A stretch of 64,000 nucleotides of DNA from Octopus sinensis (taxonomy: Eukaryota): contig NC_043009.1 of NCBI RefSeq assembly GCF_006345805.1, positions 9,734,001 through 9,798,000 on the forward strand, read 5' to 3'. The first letter of the stretch is position 1; each line of letters begins with the position of its first letter. The translations under genes and the position numbers were made by a program. Below are positions 1 through 12,615 of the stretch, piece after piece. The notes below the pieces were generated by a model. The model worked only from the letters and a program-made list of their open reading frames with translations. It was not told where the DNA came from and did no database searches.

Positions 1-670
1 TAGTATATTTATTTGTCCTTTATATTGCGTTTCATTTTAATTAGAGGTTTCCAGGAAACTTTGAGGGATTCATCACAACTAGTATTCAAAACTAAATCAC
101 AGACACGACTGCATCGTTTTCTTAGATACATTAAAAAATAATAAGTAAATGAATTAAATTAAATAAACTTTAGAAAATTCTGTAATTGAACTTGTTTTCC
201 GAAGCTATAAAATATTAAAACTTTCGCCCGACCGATGTTATAAGTTAATCATGTACTAAAGCTATGTTCGTTAGTGTTAGCCTTCCTTTGTGACGTATGA
301 AGTTTATCGATTGAAAGAAGTTATTAGTATCTGGACCGTTTTTGTTTAGCTAGCACCCATAGCTGAAAAGTAGCCCAACCAACCAACCAACTAAGTATTT
401 GGTTTGGTATAGAGAGAAATGATGATTTTATAGTTACATATTTACTGCAGAAAGCATCATAAAAGGAAAGTGTTTATACGGTGAGGAATATAAAAGAAAA
501 AGCAACAATAATAGTCAAGGACTAATATTGATATTTTGATTCTTTCAGCAGCTTTTTCTTCAATTATTGTGGTAGAAGGGTGCATTCAAACCACACTTAT
601 ATACTTGTTCTTGTTTTATGAATGTTGTTCGTTAAAAAAGCCATTTAAGGCGCCGAAAACTCATTCTGCA

Positions 671-1609
671 ATGCAAAACATAAAGACCCAAACTATAAGT
701 ACAAACGAACTCATTTTCTGGCTCCGAGAAAACATTTCTCCGCATTTGAGTTGCATACAAGATCTTGGAACAGGAGCCGAATTTTGTCTGGGTGTTGAAA
801 TTCTCTTCCCTGGATCTATTGATTTAGAGAAAATTAGATTCGGTGAGAAAACAGAATATGGTAGAAGGAAAAATTTCCAACAACTTCAAAACGCTTTTAC
901 CAAAATGAACGTCAATATCAATATTCCAATAGAAAATTTGATCAAAGGTAGTTTTAAGTACAATTTGTATTTTGGACAATGGTTTAAACAGTTTTTCGAA
1001 AAACATTATAATTGTAGGTCGTATAATATGATGAAATTCGAAACCTTAGACTCTAATAAAAGACACCGAGTTAAAATTTCTAAATCAACGAAGAAAATGT
1101 TTAAAAAAAAATGGCCACTTAAGATGTCAGATGTTTCTTTAAATGAAAGCATAGTTCGGAAAGACGAAAATATATCTCCATTACATCACCATGTCGTTGT
1201 CAAACCGAAACTAATAGCCAACAAATTAGCAGTCACATATACAGAGTATTCGGATAATATTAACAAGAAATCAAATTCTGTAATTTCAAATAGCCATGAC
1301 ACGACTAGTTCAAACCCAAATACTCTAACTAGCAACACCAGTATGGACGCAGATTCAGAATCAGACGACACGTTCATGCCATCTGACACACATATGCAAG
1401 CGGAATATAAGTCGTATGTATTTGTTCTGCGTGCATTAGAAAAAAACGTTCAACATCTACAACACGAGAATAAAAAGTTGAGAGACGAGAATATGAAAAT
1501 GAAAGAAAAGAACGAACGCATGCAGTTGGAGATGGAAACATACCAGAGAATTAAAGCAGAGTGTCGAATGATGGCTTGTCTGCTAGAAAGATTTAGAGAA
1601 TATCGTTAA
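671..1609 (+). CDS. Intronless, divergent EB1/MAPRE (RP/EB family)-like microtubule-binding protein, 312 aa
   Basis: The N-terminus aligns by eye with the EB1 calponin-homology domain (ELIFWLRE..IQDLGTGAEFC..LFPGSIDLEKIRF..NFQQLQNAF..IPIENLIKG.F..N..FGQWFKQFFEKHY). A Ser/Thr-rich linker and a C-terminal coiled coil follow. First in-frame ATG at 671 (the track starts at a TTG at 536). AATAAA at 1657-1662. Confidence 0.8.
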   Translation: MQNIKTQTISTNELIFWLRENISPHLSCIQDLGTGAEFCLGVEILFPGSIDLEKIRFGEKTEYGRRKNFQQLQNAFTKMNVNINIPIENLIKGSFKYNLYFGQWFKQFFEKHYNCRSYNMMKFETLDSNKRHRVKISKSTKKMFKKKWPLKMSDVSLNESIVRKDENISPLHHHVVVKPKLIANKLAVTYTEYSDNINKKSNSVISNSHDTTSSNPNTLTSNTSMDADSESDDTFMPSDTHMQAEYKSYVFVLRALEKNVQHLQHENKKLRDENMKMKEKNERMQLEMETYQRIKAECRMMACLLERFREYR

Positions 1610-1861
1610 TATTTTTGAGAGGGCTGAGAAATAGACATTTGCCAAAGTTAAATTTGAATAAACAAAATTATAAAGACACAACCTACACTGTATATAAATA
1701 GTTGAGGGGAAAACGAACCATTCTGCATACGTTGAAAAACTTCGCTTACGCATGTAATTTGTAAATATTTCTGGGTACAGAGGTGTCGGATATTTCGAAT
1801 GAAAATATTGTAAAAGCCTTGCAGAAATGCTGAAAAATGGGAGTAAATGGGGTTAAATGGG

Positions 1862-2085
1862 ACGCTCTTACCAAAATGAATATCAATATCAATATTCCAG
1901 TAGAAAATTTGATCAAAGGTAGCTTTAATAACAATTTGTATTTTGGACAATGGTTTTAACAGTTTTTCGAAAAACATTATAATTGTAGGTCGTATGATAT
2001 GATGAAATTAGAAACCTTAGAATCTAATAAATGACACCGAGTTAAATTTCTAAATCAGCGAAGAAAATGTTTTTAAAAACTGGCC
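1862..2085 (+). pseudogene. Disabled partial duplicate of the EB1-like gene (copy of about 891-1116)
   Basis: Near-identical to 891-1116 but with in-frame stops (tttaaa>ttttaa; aaaaga>aaatga) and a 1-bp deletion. It ends abruptly where Gypsy sequence begins. Confidence 0.85.
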
Positions 2086-4010
2086 TCAGTTCCTGACATG
2101 TTGCTGCCGGTTCCGTCCTCTTGTCCATAACTGTTGGCCCCCATCTTCCGTCGCAGTGACGATCGTGCGCACATCCAAAAACATGCTGTGACATACCATC
2201 TACAGACACATTGTTCCTCAAATTTACGGAGGTTATTGCCCCCTTTCCCCCAGTGTGATGTGCATTGCGCATTTGGAAGTTTAACCAAGACTTCTTTCTT
2301 CCCCGACCTGCACAAAGGTATGCTCTTTCTCTTCTGCGGGATGCAGCGATGCGGTACATGGATGTCTCCACTCGTACTTGAATATTGCTCTGTGTGATAT
2401 TGACTCCTCAGCATGCCCCGTCCTGGGCGACATATTATATCAAAAAACGGCTTCAACCGGTGAGATGTGGCCCCTCTCTGCTATGGTCCTGATGGTGCGA
2501 TGATACCTCTCCACAACTCCACTGTCACTTGGCCGGTATGCCGCCCTGAAGAAACGGCTAACATGCCACTTGTCGAGCATCTCCGAGCGAAATGCAGTGC
2601 CATTGTCTATAAGCAGCTCATCCTCGGGGCCTCGTTCTAGGAATGTCTCATTCAGTATTCTTGTGATTTCCTCTGCGGTCCCCGTCTTCATCTCCCTCCA
2701 TATGGCCAACCACCTCGGTCCGCAGCCGATCATCGAGAGGTATGTCCCCTGCCGGTAGTGCGTCACATCCACTGCTAGTCGTTTCCAGTTGTGTTGCACT
2801 GGAATGTTTCCTGCCTGATGCACACCCGGAGTGGGGTCAATGGACTGGCACCTGTCGCAGCTCCCAACTACTCTTTGCACACTCTGCTTGGTCACGTCCG
2901 AGTCAACTTTCCTGGCTAGGAACAGGGTCATGTCCACCCCCATGTGATGCATGGTATGCAATCTCCTCAGCTCCGAGTCACTCAGTCGACACACTGCAGC
3001 CACTCCTTGCTCCAGATCCTCTGGCACCTGAAACCAGGCTTTCTTTACTCTGGTCAAGATGTTCGCTCTATTCCTCTCAGAAGACACAAAAACCACACTC
3101 AGCCTCAGGTCAAACTCGGCGGCTAGCTCGCCCAGAATTCCCAAACGGTGTTTTATCAGCATCTCTGCGCTCCCTTTGGTTCGCACCCTCCACTCGCCGG
3201 TGACTACTGATCCCACCCATCTAAGTACAGTGGCCGAATCGGTCCGGATCTCGATGATACGCAGCTCCCCACCCCAGGGCTAGGTTCATTCCCTTTAACA
3301 CGGCATCCAGCTCCTCTACCTTGATGTGGTTGCAGTCGTCCTTCTTCCTAAGCCAGGTCGCATCCTCCACCACGACACCTTCAATTTTCAGGACAACTCC
3401 CGTTGCTATGCCGCTGGCATCACACCAGACGATCCCATTCTTCAATTTGGACACATACCAGTTTCCTCTTACTCGTTCCTCCGCAGTTTCTCTCTCCAAG
3501 ACTTCTTGCATCATGGCGGTTGTCTTCTCGCCCACGTTACCACTCCACCTCACTCCTTCGGCTCGCCTATTGATGAAGCTGCATGCCGTCCGGACCCATC
3601 CTGCAATCGGGTAGTGTCCCAGCAGCATCCCACACACAGAAAGCAGTTATCGCCTATACGTCTTGGAGCCCAGTTCTGGGATCCCATTCCCTCTCCGAAA
3701 CACCAATGTGTCGGCCTTGTCTCTCCGTAGCTTGAGTCCTAGTGCAACCCCTGCTTCCATTGCCTCCGGTGGTTTGGCAGTTAGCCCAAAACTCTTCAGG
3801 TGGCTTATGACCTCCTTTGCCGAAACTATGCCCTCGTCTAGCAGGATGTCAACAATATGGGAATTGGTGGCTCTTTTCACTTTGTCCACCAGAATAGTTT
3901 TGAGAATCGTCGCCATAATCTTCGGTGCTGAATTAAGCCCGAATCTCAACCTAGTCAGGCAGTATGTCCGTCTCTTATACACAGCCTGGCTCATAACACC
4001 ACAATAGGTA
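2086..4010 (-). mobile_element. Decayed Ty3/Gypsy LTR retrotransposon pol (RT-RNaseH-integrase), frameshifted
   Basis: Minus-strand ORF pieces in RT>RH>INT order. RT: YCLTRLRFGLNSAPKIM...NSHIVDIL (degenerate YxDD). RNase H: VWCDASG...EELDAV. Integrase: HHCC (HTMHHMG...CDRCQ) and D,D,E (AVDVTH, IDNGTAF, VVERYHRTI). No LTRs recognised. Confidence 0.88.
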
Positions 4011-4701
4011 AACTTATTGGTGGAACTGGAGGAGTCACTCCCCCAAACTAACCATTCCGAATTTTTTTTCATCGATTCCTATGTTTTCGATGACGGAGAT
4101 TCCAAATATGCAAAAAACCACGTTTTCAACATTTTTAATTCCCCCACTCCCAGATTTTAAACTTTTAACTTTTTCGAAATTTTTTTTTTCAATCTACATG
4201 GAAAAATACGGAGATTAAGAATATGGAGGTGGGTGGGGGGAAACAAATTTTAATCTCAAATTCTTTATGAAAAACTCCAAAATTGATCCAGACCACATCT
4301 CGCTGTCTAAAAGTGAAAAAGAACGGCTGTTTTGTCCGTTTCCGCATGCGTAGGTTTATTGTGGACCAGCAAAAGGACCACGGCATGCGAAACCCTCACC
4401 ACAAAACTCGATATGCTAAAAATAATAGCTAAATGTCCGGAGAATTTTTGTGCTTGTGGATGCACGCGCGCAACAATTTCTACAGCTTACAGAGAAAGAA
4501 GTACACGAAATATATTTTACATACCTGTCGTATACGTCGGGGTTTTTCTTTTGCGCTTTAAAGGTAAACGATTCTGATAGAATCAATTACCTTACTGTCA
4601 ATTCATTGGAGTAATCCCAACAAAATACTACAAGTTTAGTCACTGGCTCTCAGCACCTGTGTTTGTGTCCTTGATTCCAAAATAATAAAAACTTTAACAT
4701 A

Positions 4702-5090
4702 GGCGCTGGGGTGGCTGTGTGGTAAGTAGCTTGCTTACCAACCACATGGTTCCAGGTTCAGTCCCACTGCGTGGCACCTTGGGCAAGTGTCTTCTACTAT
4801 AGCCTCGGGCCGACCAAAGCCTTGTGAGTGGATTTGGTAGACGGAAACTGAAAGAAGCCCGTCGTATATATGTATATATATATGTATATATATATGTGTG
4901 TGTATGTGTGTGTGTGTGTGTGTGTGTGTTTATGTCCCCGTCACTTAGCGGTTCGGCAAAAGAGACCGATAGAATAAGTACTGGGCTTACAAAGAATAAG
5001 TCCCGGGGTCGAGTTGCTCGATTAAAGGCGGTGCTCCAGCATGGTCGCAGTCAAATGACTGAAACAAGTAAAAGAGTAAAAGAGAGAGTA
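4702..5090 (+). mobile_element. tRNA-derived SINE, family A (internal (TA/TG)n tract)
   Basis: A-box-like tggctgtgtggt, B-box-like ggttcagtccc, and 3' end ggtgctccagcatgg..cagtcaaatgactgaaac(aagtaaaag)n. About 15 copies occur in the window. Confidence 0.85.
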
Positions 5091-5201
5091 TACTTCCAAA
5101 ATGGGACTTAACCCATGCGTATCCGTGTACATATATGTGCATGTGTGTGTGTGTGTGTGTGTGTGTGTGGTGGGGGTGCGCAAGAAATACTTTGACGGAA
5201 A

Positions 5202-5593
5202 TCTTTATATATAAAAGAGAGGTTGTGTGTCTGTCTCCTACGATTTATATTCCTAACTACTCCCACATTTTGCGGTGCAGTTTAAACAAAACCGGGTATC
5301 TTATAGTCGTGATTCATATCTTCTGGGTATTAGCGCGCGTCTACGATGAGTCTACGATTTAAAAAAAAATTTACCATAATTTTTTTCCATTTTAATGCAT
5401 TTTTTCGCTATTATATAAGGGAAGTAACTCTCTAAAAATGTCTACGATGAGTCAACGATTAAAAAAAAAATTTACCATAATTTTTTTTCCATTTTTAATG
5501 CAATTTTTTGCTATTTTTTGGCTATAACTCTCTAAATATGCTTATATAGTTATTTCCCTTACAAACCCGAGCAACGCCGGGCGATACTGCTAG
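5202..5593 (+). mobile_element. Non-autonomous Helitron-like element
   Basis: Begins A|TC tttatatataaa and ends with hairpin cccg-agcaacgc-cggg then CTAG. Internal tandem duplication of about 75 bp (5340-5412 vs 5439-5515). Same termini as 17170-17561. Confidence 0.75.
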
Positions 5594-5937
5594 CGTATTC
5601 ATAAAATTTCTATTACAATAAGTTGTCTATATGCCATGTTTGCAATTCTCCATATAAATGATAGCAAAGTGTGTATCAAATGAAATTAGAATCCTGGTAC
5701 CAATGACAGATCGATCAAGTTACTAAAGTTTTAACGTTGTTGGTAACAACGTTAAATTTTCACTTTCAATTGAATACTGAAGATAGAGAGAAATGCAAGG
5801 GCAATTAATTTTGGCGGTAACGATTAAACCCTTTGATTCATTATCACAATTAAAAAGAAATTCAGAGGTGCAACGTTGCGCAAGTTCATTTCCGTACATG
5901 TTTTTCTTGCGCTCCACCCCACCACATGCACTTATAT

Positions 5938-6168
5938 ATTTCTTTACTACCCACAAGGGGCTAAACACAGAGGAGACAAACAAGGACAGACAAAGGGATT
6001 AAGTCGATTACATCGATCCCAGTGCGTAACTGGTACTTTATTTATCGACCCCGAAAGGATGAAAGGCAAAGTCGACCTCGGCGGAATTTGAACTCAGAAC
6101 GTAACGACAGACGAAATACCGGTAAGCATTTCGCCCGACGTGCTAACGCTTCTGCCAGCTCGCCGCCT
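5938..6168 (-). mobile_element. SINE family B (ggcggcgagctggcagaa...gccccttgtgggtagtaaagaaata)
   Basis: Full copy of a repeat present more than 12 times in the window, with B-box-like gagttcaaattcc. Confidence 0.85.
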
Positions 6169-6334
6169 TCCACGTGCACATACACGTACGCGGATACACA
6201 TGGATTAAGTCCCATTTTGGAAGTATGTTAAAGTTTTTATTATTTTGGAATGAAGAACATAAACATAGGTGCTGATCCGGTGACTTTCTTTCTTTTTTTT
6301 TTTTTTTTAATGAAAATCGTGTGGGTGAAAGGAT

Positions 6335-7093
6335 CAAATAATACCGCTCCTTCTTGGTCTACCCTCAGATCTCATGGCGGTTGGCTCGGCTCGAAGAATC
6401 TATCTTGCGATTCTTTCATGCAACATTCTGACCACATTTCTGTAGTGGCAGTGCAGTTACCTCAGGATGCGGAGAAGTAATGGCTCAATCGGGAGAGAGT
6501 CCCTGATCTCTGAGCTAAGCACTCTGTCGAGTATCATTATTCTGGGAATCCTTCGAACGAACCCCGTTTCGGCCGCTTAAATTCGCGATCGTCCTCTTTC
6601 GGTTATAACACTCATGACCATAAGTGATGACAGGATCGAAAACTGAACTGAAGATAACGAATTTGGCTCGTTTACCAACTTCTCTGAATGCTGGTGCTGG
6701 CGTATTAGTTTGTCGGTACCTGCAATTTTAGCATCCAATTCAGCCTCCTGTTTCCCATTATTCGTGAACATTGCCCTGAGATACTAAAACTTTCACTTGT
6801 AGGGTTCACGGGAAATGCTTTCTTGAAGGGGCCAACGTCTCAGTCTTCGCGACACTGATTCACATCCTTGCCTTGTACATTCAGTGCATACTGAGACCAT
6901 TTCCAGATGGGCCAAATTGCACCGTGTCGCCTGCAAATATCAACCGACAGATCCTATACCCACCGACTATGGTACCACTTCCATAACGACTGCGCAAGAC
7001 AACCCAGATAAAAATTATGAAAAGGACAGATGACAATACACGCCCCTGACGAAGTCGAAAGGTTTCGACTTTGTACCATATACTCGAACACAA
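6335..7093 (-). mobile_element. Decayed RTE-clade LINE reverse transcriptase fragment
   Basis: LRQGRVLSSVLF and LIFAGD (degenerate QG/LF and FADD motifs), plus FTNNGKQEAELDAKI typical of the RTE thumb region. Confidence 0.65.
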
Positions 7094-7493
7094 ACACTCA
7101 GATTTTCATATAGAAACAATCTTTTAATTATCTAAATGAAAAATTCTCATAGAGAGATGAAAGTAATATAAATAAATGCTCACCCGCTCGTCATATCTTT
7201 GCAATGAGTGAATGACAACAAAACCAGAACGGTGGCGCACTACCCTGGTGACCGATCGCAGTTACAGAGCCAGACACACGAGTTTCACGTCTTGCCTGAC
7301 AATTCTGTTGACCAGAATATAAACAACTATACAGTTAATCTAAAATAAAATAACTTTGAATTACAGTATTCTCACAACATAGTTAATTTATGATAAATTT
7401 ATGGTTTCACATACTGTTGTAATAGTTTATGCCAAGCATAGAATGGAACATTCTTCCTTCCTAAGACCACATATCTTTCAATGCGTGAATGGA

Positions 7494-7880
7494 TGGAAGC
7501 ATTCCGTCGGTTACGACGACGAGGGTTCCGGTTGATCCGAATCAACGGAACAGCCTGCTCGTGAAATTAACGTGTAAGTGGCTGAGCACTCCACAGACAC
7601 GTGTACCCTTAACGTAGTTCTCGGGGATATTCAGCGTGACACAGAGAGTGACAAGGCCGGCCCTTTGAAATACAGGTACAACAAAAACAGGAAGTAAGAG
7701 TGAGAGAAAGTTGTGGTGAAAGAGTACAGCAGAGATCACCACCATCCCCTGCCGGAGCCTCGTGTTGCTTTTAGGTGTTTTCGCTCAATAAACACTCACA
7801 ACACCCGGTCTGGGAATCGAAACCGCGATCCTATGACCGCGAGTCCGCTGCCCTAATCACTGGGCCATTGTGCCTCCACA
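7494..7880 (-). mobile_element. tRNA-derived SINE, family C
   Basis: Head tggaggcacaatggcccagtg..ggtttcgattccc. Related copies at 24742-25050 (+), 46862-47145 (-) and 50683-50935 (+). Confidence 0.8.
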
Positions 7881-8508
7881 TGCGTTAATGATGAATCAAA
7901 CTAAACTGGGTTTTTTTCTCCACAAAATACCCTAGTAAAATAGGATGCGGAGTGTCTTATAAGCCGGCAAATGTGGTACCAATTCAACCAGCATGTCACA
8001 ATTAGACTCACACAAGTCCTGCTTCTTCCCTTTACTTATATCAATAGTACAACGACCTCTGCTTCTCTGAATTAGTAACCTGCATGTAGCTTCCACCAAG
8101 CTTCATTGTCTCTCCTCTTCTTATGCCTCCATTGTGTCATAAAATTTCCCTGGCATTTCTTTCCAGATCATTAAACCACTGGAACTCTCAAATGACAAAT
8201 TCACAGAAGACCAAGCTGAACATCAGCTGTAACAATTCTTCACATTTGAGTAGACATACAAAATGGTTTGAGCGATGCTTCTATTTAGTTTTCTTTCTCT
8301 CTATGCACGCCTAGCTGTCTGTTACATTTATGGAAACAAGGGGTACAGAAGGGATGTAGCTTTCCCTTGCTTTCCTGCTCACGGAAAGGGATGGCACATA
8401 TGGATCTTGTCATCAAACCTCAGCATGTCGGGCCTTAGCGTGCCCCACTATTTCTTCATACTCATTTCCATCACTGGCTTGTTACTGTTACCATGCATAC
8501 ACGGATCC

Positions 8509-8512
<4 letters not shown>

Positions 8513-8585
<73 letters not shown>

Positions 8586-8641
8586 ATCTATCTATCTATC
8601 CATCCATCCATCCATCCATCCATCCATCCATCCATCTATCC

Positions 8642-8705
<64 letters not shown>

Positions 8706-8725
8706 CCATCTATCTATATATATAT
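8513..8725. repeat. Compound microsatellite (TC)n(TATC)n(CATC)n
   Basis: Directly visible. Confidence 0.95.
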
Positions 8726-8980
8726 TGGTAAAAACGGTAAGATAACAAATGAAAGAAAGAGACCTCAATATTATGTAAACAGAGGAAATTTATCTGTAAA
8801 ATAATATGTTACCATTATTCAATAGCCAAGATAAAACTCTGAGTTTCGGATGCCGAAGTGGAAATCCACAACACCATCTCTTCGGATAAGTTATAAGATG
8901 GTGTTGTGGACTTCCACTTCGGCATCCGAAACTCAGAGTTTTATCTTGGCTATTGAATAATGGTAACATATTAATTTACA
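8726..8980. mobile_element. (TA)n-flanked fold-back element, probable Penelope-like pLTR fragment with an inverted copy
   Basis: 85-bp inverted arms (8795-8879 / 8896-8980, 2 mismatches) plus a unique extension of about 70 bp. Second copy at 12791-12982. Confidence 0.65.
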
Positions 8981-10741
8981 TATATATATATATATATATA
9001 TATATAAATGCTGTAGTTCGCGCTTTTTTCTTTCTCGCGGATCTTCTCCGCCACTTTACCAGGCCTCTCTCCCTTTCTTTCTCTCTATCCCTCTCTCTTA
9101 TTTTCCCCGCTTATTTCTTCTATCGTTTGTTCTTTCTCTCTCTCTCCCTTTCTTTCCCAATTCTCTTTCTCTTTCTTTCTTTCTTTCTACTTCAATCTCT
9201 CTCCTTCTCGTCTTTTTGCTTTTTTCTTGCTTTCCAATACGATTCCGTCTTCCTTTTCACTTCTTGCTCTCTTACTTTCGCCACAAGTTATAACCTACAC
9301 CTTTATTCTGTCTTCCTCTCTGTTTTCCCTCTTATTCTTATTCATTTGTCAATGCAACATTCTGTTTTTATCCTTCTCTCTCATTTTCTATTTTCTACAC
9401 TCACCGCCGTCTGTTGATGTTTACCTCGCCATAGCAACCGAAACTTGAGTTCACTCTGCGGATTGAAAAATATGGATCCAGGTGGCTTGCAAGTAAGCCT
9501 TAGTGCATTCTTACCAAAAGGTAACAAAACAAGCATTTTATTTCTATAATATTAGTAACTCTCGCTATTTTAATCAGGGTGACCTGCTTTTTGTTAAAGG
9601 AATTCATATATATTGCGTGTCGTCGTGTGAGTTCGATTAAAAATAAAAGACAAACATGATTTAAAATTAGGATCTCACGGTTCAAGAAATATAAAAATCT
9701 AATTACATACATAACAGGTATATGAATAATACAAAACCACATTAAAATACAATTCCTGAACAATAGTATACCTGCATGCATACTGACGTGTATCATACAT
9801 ATATATAGACAATCATACATACATACATACATACATACTCTTTTACCTGTTTCAGTCATTTGACTGCGGCCATGCTGGAGCACCGCCTTTAGTCGAGCAA
9901 ATCGACCCCAGTACTTATTCTTTGTAAGCCTAGTACTTATTCTCTCGGTCTCTTTTGCCGAACCGCTAATTTTACGGGGACGTAAACACACCAGCATCGG
10001 TTGTCAAACGATGTTGGGGACAAACACAGACACACAAACATACACACACATACATACACATATATATACATACACACACACACACACACAACACACACAC
10101 ACACATATGCATTGTAAAATATTCCAGAGTTTCTCCTTTTGAAGTTCCTGGGCTGAACACATAAACACAATCACATGTACATATAGAATACTCACACACA
10201 CATACATACACTAACACTAACGAAACACACATACTTGTGTACATGCACACACACACACACACACATTCACACCAACAAATTCCGATATTAGACTGACCCC
10301 GAGAGCTGTCCCCTGATTTAAAACAGAAGAGCATACTACTATATTAGCCGGAAGCTTGAATTTCAAAAAGGAAAAAAAATTAAATCCCAAAGATTACAAC
10401 TATAAGCTACCAAAGGCATTAATTGTCATCATCATGCATTGTATGCCTGCTGCATATTGATGACACTACAACAAAGTCTTCCTGAAGTTCTTCAGCTGCC
10501 TTGCCACTTTTGTTCAACCAGCTCTTGATATTGACCATCCATTGATTTCATTGTCAGCCTCTCTCACTCTTGATAATATAAGTTATATAATATAAATAAT
10601 ATAAATTATAGTAGTCCATTAAACCTTCTTTCTCAGCTAAATTATGACTTGACATATCAACCAAAAAGTTTTAAAGTTCTTTTTACCCTTAAAATATAAA
10701 CTGCTGACAGCAATATATAAACTGTTATATATATATATATT

Positions 10742-11138
10742 TACTCTTTTACTTGTTTCAGTCATTTGACTGCGGCCATGCTGGAGCACCGCCCTTAGTC
10801 GAGCAAATCAACCCCGGGACTTATTCTTTGTAAGCCCAGTACTTATTCTATCGGTCTCTTTTGCCGAACCGCTAAGTAACGGGGACGTAAGCACACCAGC
10901 ATCGGTTGTCAAGCAATGCTAGGGGGACAAACACAGACACACAAACATATACACACACACTTATATATATATACATACATACGACGGGTTTCTTTCAGTT
11001 TCCGTCTACCAAATCCACTCACAAGGCATTGGTCGGCCCGGGGCTATAGCAGAAGACACTTGCCCAAGATGCCACGCAGTGGAACTGAACCCAGAACCAT
11101 GTGGCTGGTTAGCAAGCTACTTACCACACAGCCACTCC
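10742..11138 (-). mobile_element. SINE family A, full length
   Basis: Same head, body and tail as 4702-5090. Confidence 0.85.
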
Positions 11139-11499
11139 ATTATATATATATATATATATATAATTAAAAAAAAGTTTAAAATGTGGATTATCAAATGTGG
11201 ATTATCAAATCATATTAACAACCTCCCCTAACTGGATATGTAAAACTGCCAAACCTTTTAAGTTTTAAACAACAATTAATAATTAATCATTTAATTATTT
11301 TCATAATACTTAGTTAAATAAAAATAAATTTTTACACTAAAAACTAACAGGGTATCTGATCCTAGTTTATTTTTTAAATTTTGAAGTATAAACAATAATG
11401 AAAAACAAAAAAGAAAAAACTGATCAATTCTGAAAATTTTACCAAAGAACTAATCATAAAATTTTCTTTTAATCACAGCTACATCTTAGTTTACTTTTG

Positions 11500-11690
11500 A
11501 CCAAAACCCCCTCTATTCTTTCTTCTATAATTCTTTCTTCCAAACCTCAGCTTCATTGAATACGGCCATAATAGATGAGCTTTTGTTTTTTCCCAATGTT
11601 CAGAAGTCTTTCATCTGTTTGTTGTAACAGCCTTTCATTTGTCTGATGATCTTTGTAAGAGACTTGTAACATTCTCAAACACATCTCAAT
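11500..11690 (-). mobile_element. Old RTE LINE 3' fragment, probably continuing at about 10470-10570
   Basis: CLRMLQVSYKDHQTNE...KQKLIYYGRI resembles RTE C-terminal motifs. Confidence 0.5.
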
Positions 11691-11692
11691 AT

Positions 11693-12068
11693 AGGCACAG
11701 GTGTGGCTGTGTGATAAGAAGCTTGCCTCCCAACCACATGGTTCAGGGTTCAGTCCCACTGCGTTGCACCTTGGGCAAGTGTCTTCTACTATAACCTCGG
11801 GCCGACCAAAGCCTTGTGAGTGGATTTGGCAGATGGAAACTGAAAGAAGCCCATCCATGTGTGTGTCTGTCTTTGTGTTTGTGTTTGTCCCCTACCAGCT
11901 GTTGGTATGTTTAGGTCCCTGTAACTTAGTAGTTCAGCATAAATGACTGATAGAATAAGCACCAGGCTTAAGGTCCTGAAGTCGTTTTGTTTGACCAAAA
12001 CCCTTCAAGGCAGTGCCCCAGCATGGCCACAGTCAAATGACTGGAACAAGTAATAGATAAAAGATAAT
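11693..12068 (+). mobile_element. SINE family A (diverged)
   Basis: Similarity to 4702-5090. Confidence 0.8.
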
Positions 12069-12435
12069 GAATATATAGTAGATATGAGCAACAGATTCAA
12101 ACACTTCTTGGGATGCAAGAAGGAAAGAATTCTGATGATAGGTGGTAATTCACGTAACATGAAATTCTTGAATCTGTCAAAATACATGTATCAAAAAGGA
12201 AGAGAATCAAAAGGCAACCAGGTATATGTCTGTAGCAACTATGGATCCTGTTGAAAAAAAAAGGAAAAAAGCAATATCTTTGGGTTCCAACTCAGAAGAA
12301 TATAAAAAGGTGAAATGAGAATGACAGAAAAATACAAAAAGCAATTACGGAACCAGTTTGTGTGAAAATCTAGAGGAACAAGCAACACACAAAAAGACAA
12401 ATAGTCTTTTCTAACAGGTGAAAGAACTCAAAATA

Positions 12436-12615
12436 TTGGGTTGTCCAGAAAGTTCATGCCGATTTTTAAAGGAAAGAAAGAGGTCAATAAATACTTGCCA
12501 TTACATTTTTAATCAACCAAATATGAACCATTTTGTTGCACAATGCATCTCCATCTTTCCTTTAACTTGAAAATACCTTCTTCCCAGAACTGAGGTGGTT
12601 TCATGGCAAAGAATG
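12436..12615 (-). mobile_element. Mariner transposon 3' end (transposase C-terminus plus terminal repeat)
   Basis: Minus strand encodes FFAMKPPQFWEEGIFKLKERWRCIVQQNGSYLVD*. The terminus ttgggttgtcc is flanked by TA. Confidence 0.8.

Noticed and set aside
536-670. 45-aa N-terminal extension of the EB1-like ORF
   Set aside because: Starts at TTG. EB1 homology begins right after the ATG at 671.
4702-4775. tRNA-like sequences at SINE heads
   Set aside because: They have A/B boxes but no complete cloverleaf and continue into SINE bodies; not tRNA genes.
7046-7066. CUGACGA-aguc-GAAA hammerhead-like string
   Set aside because: No stem II or stem I; it is the antisense of the LRQG RT motif.
12125-12180. 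CUGAUGA...GAAA-uuc(uu)gaa-UC motif
   Set aside because: Stem III forms, but stem I does not pair and stem II is not adjacent to GAAA; likely chance.
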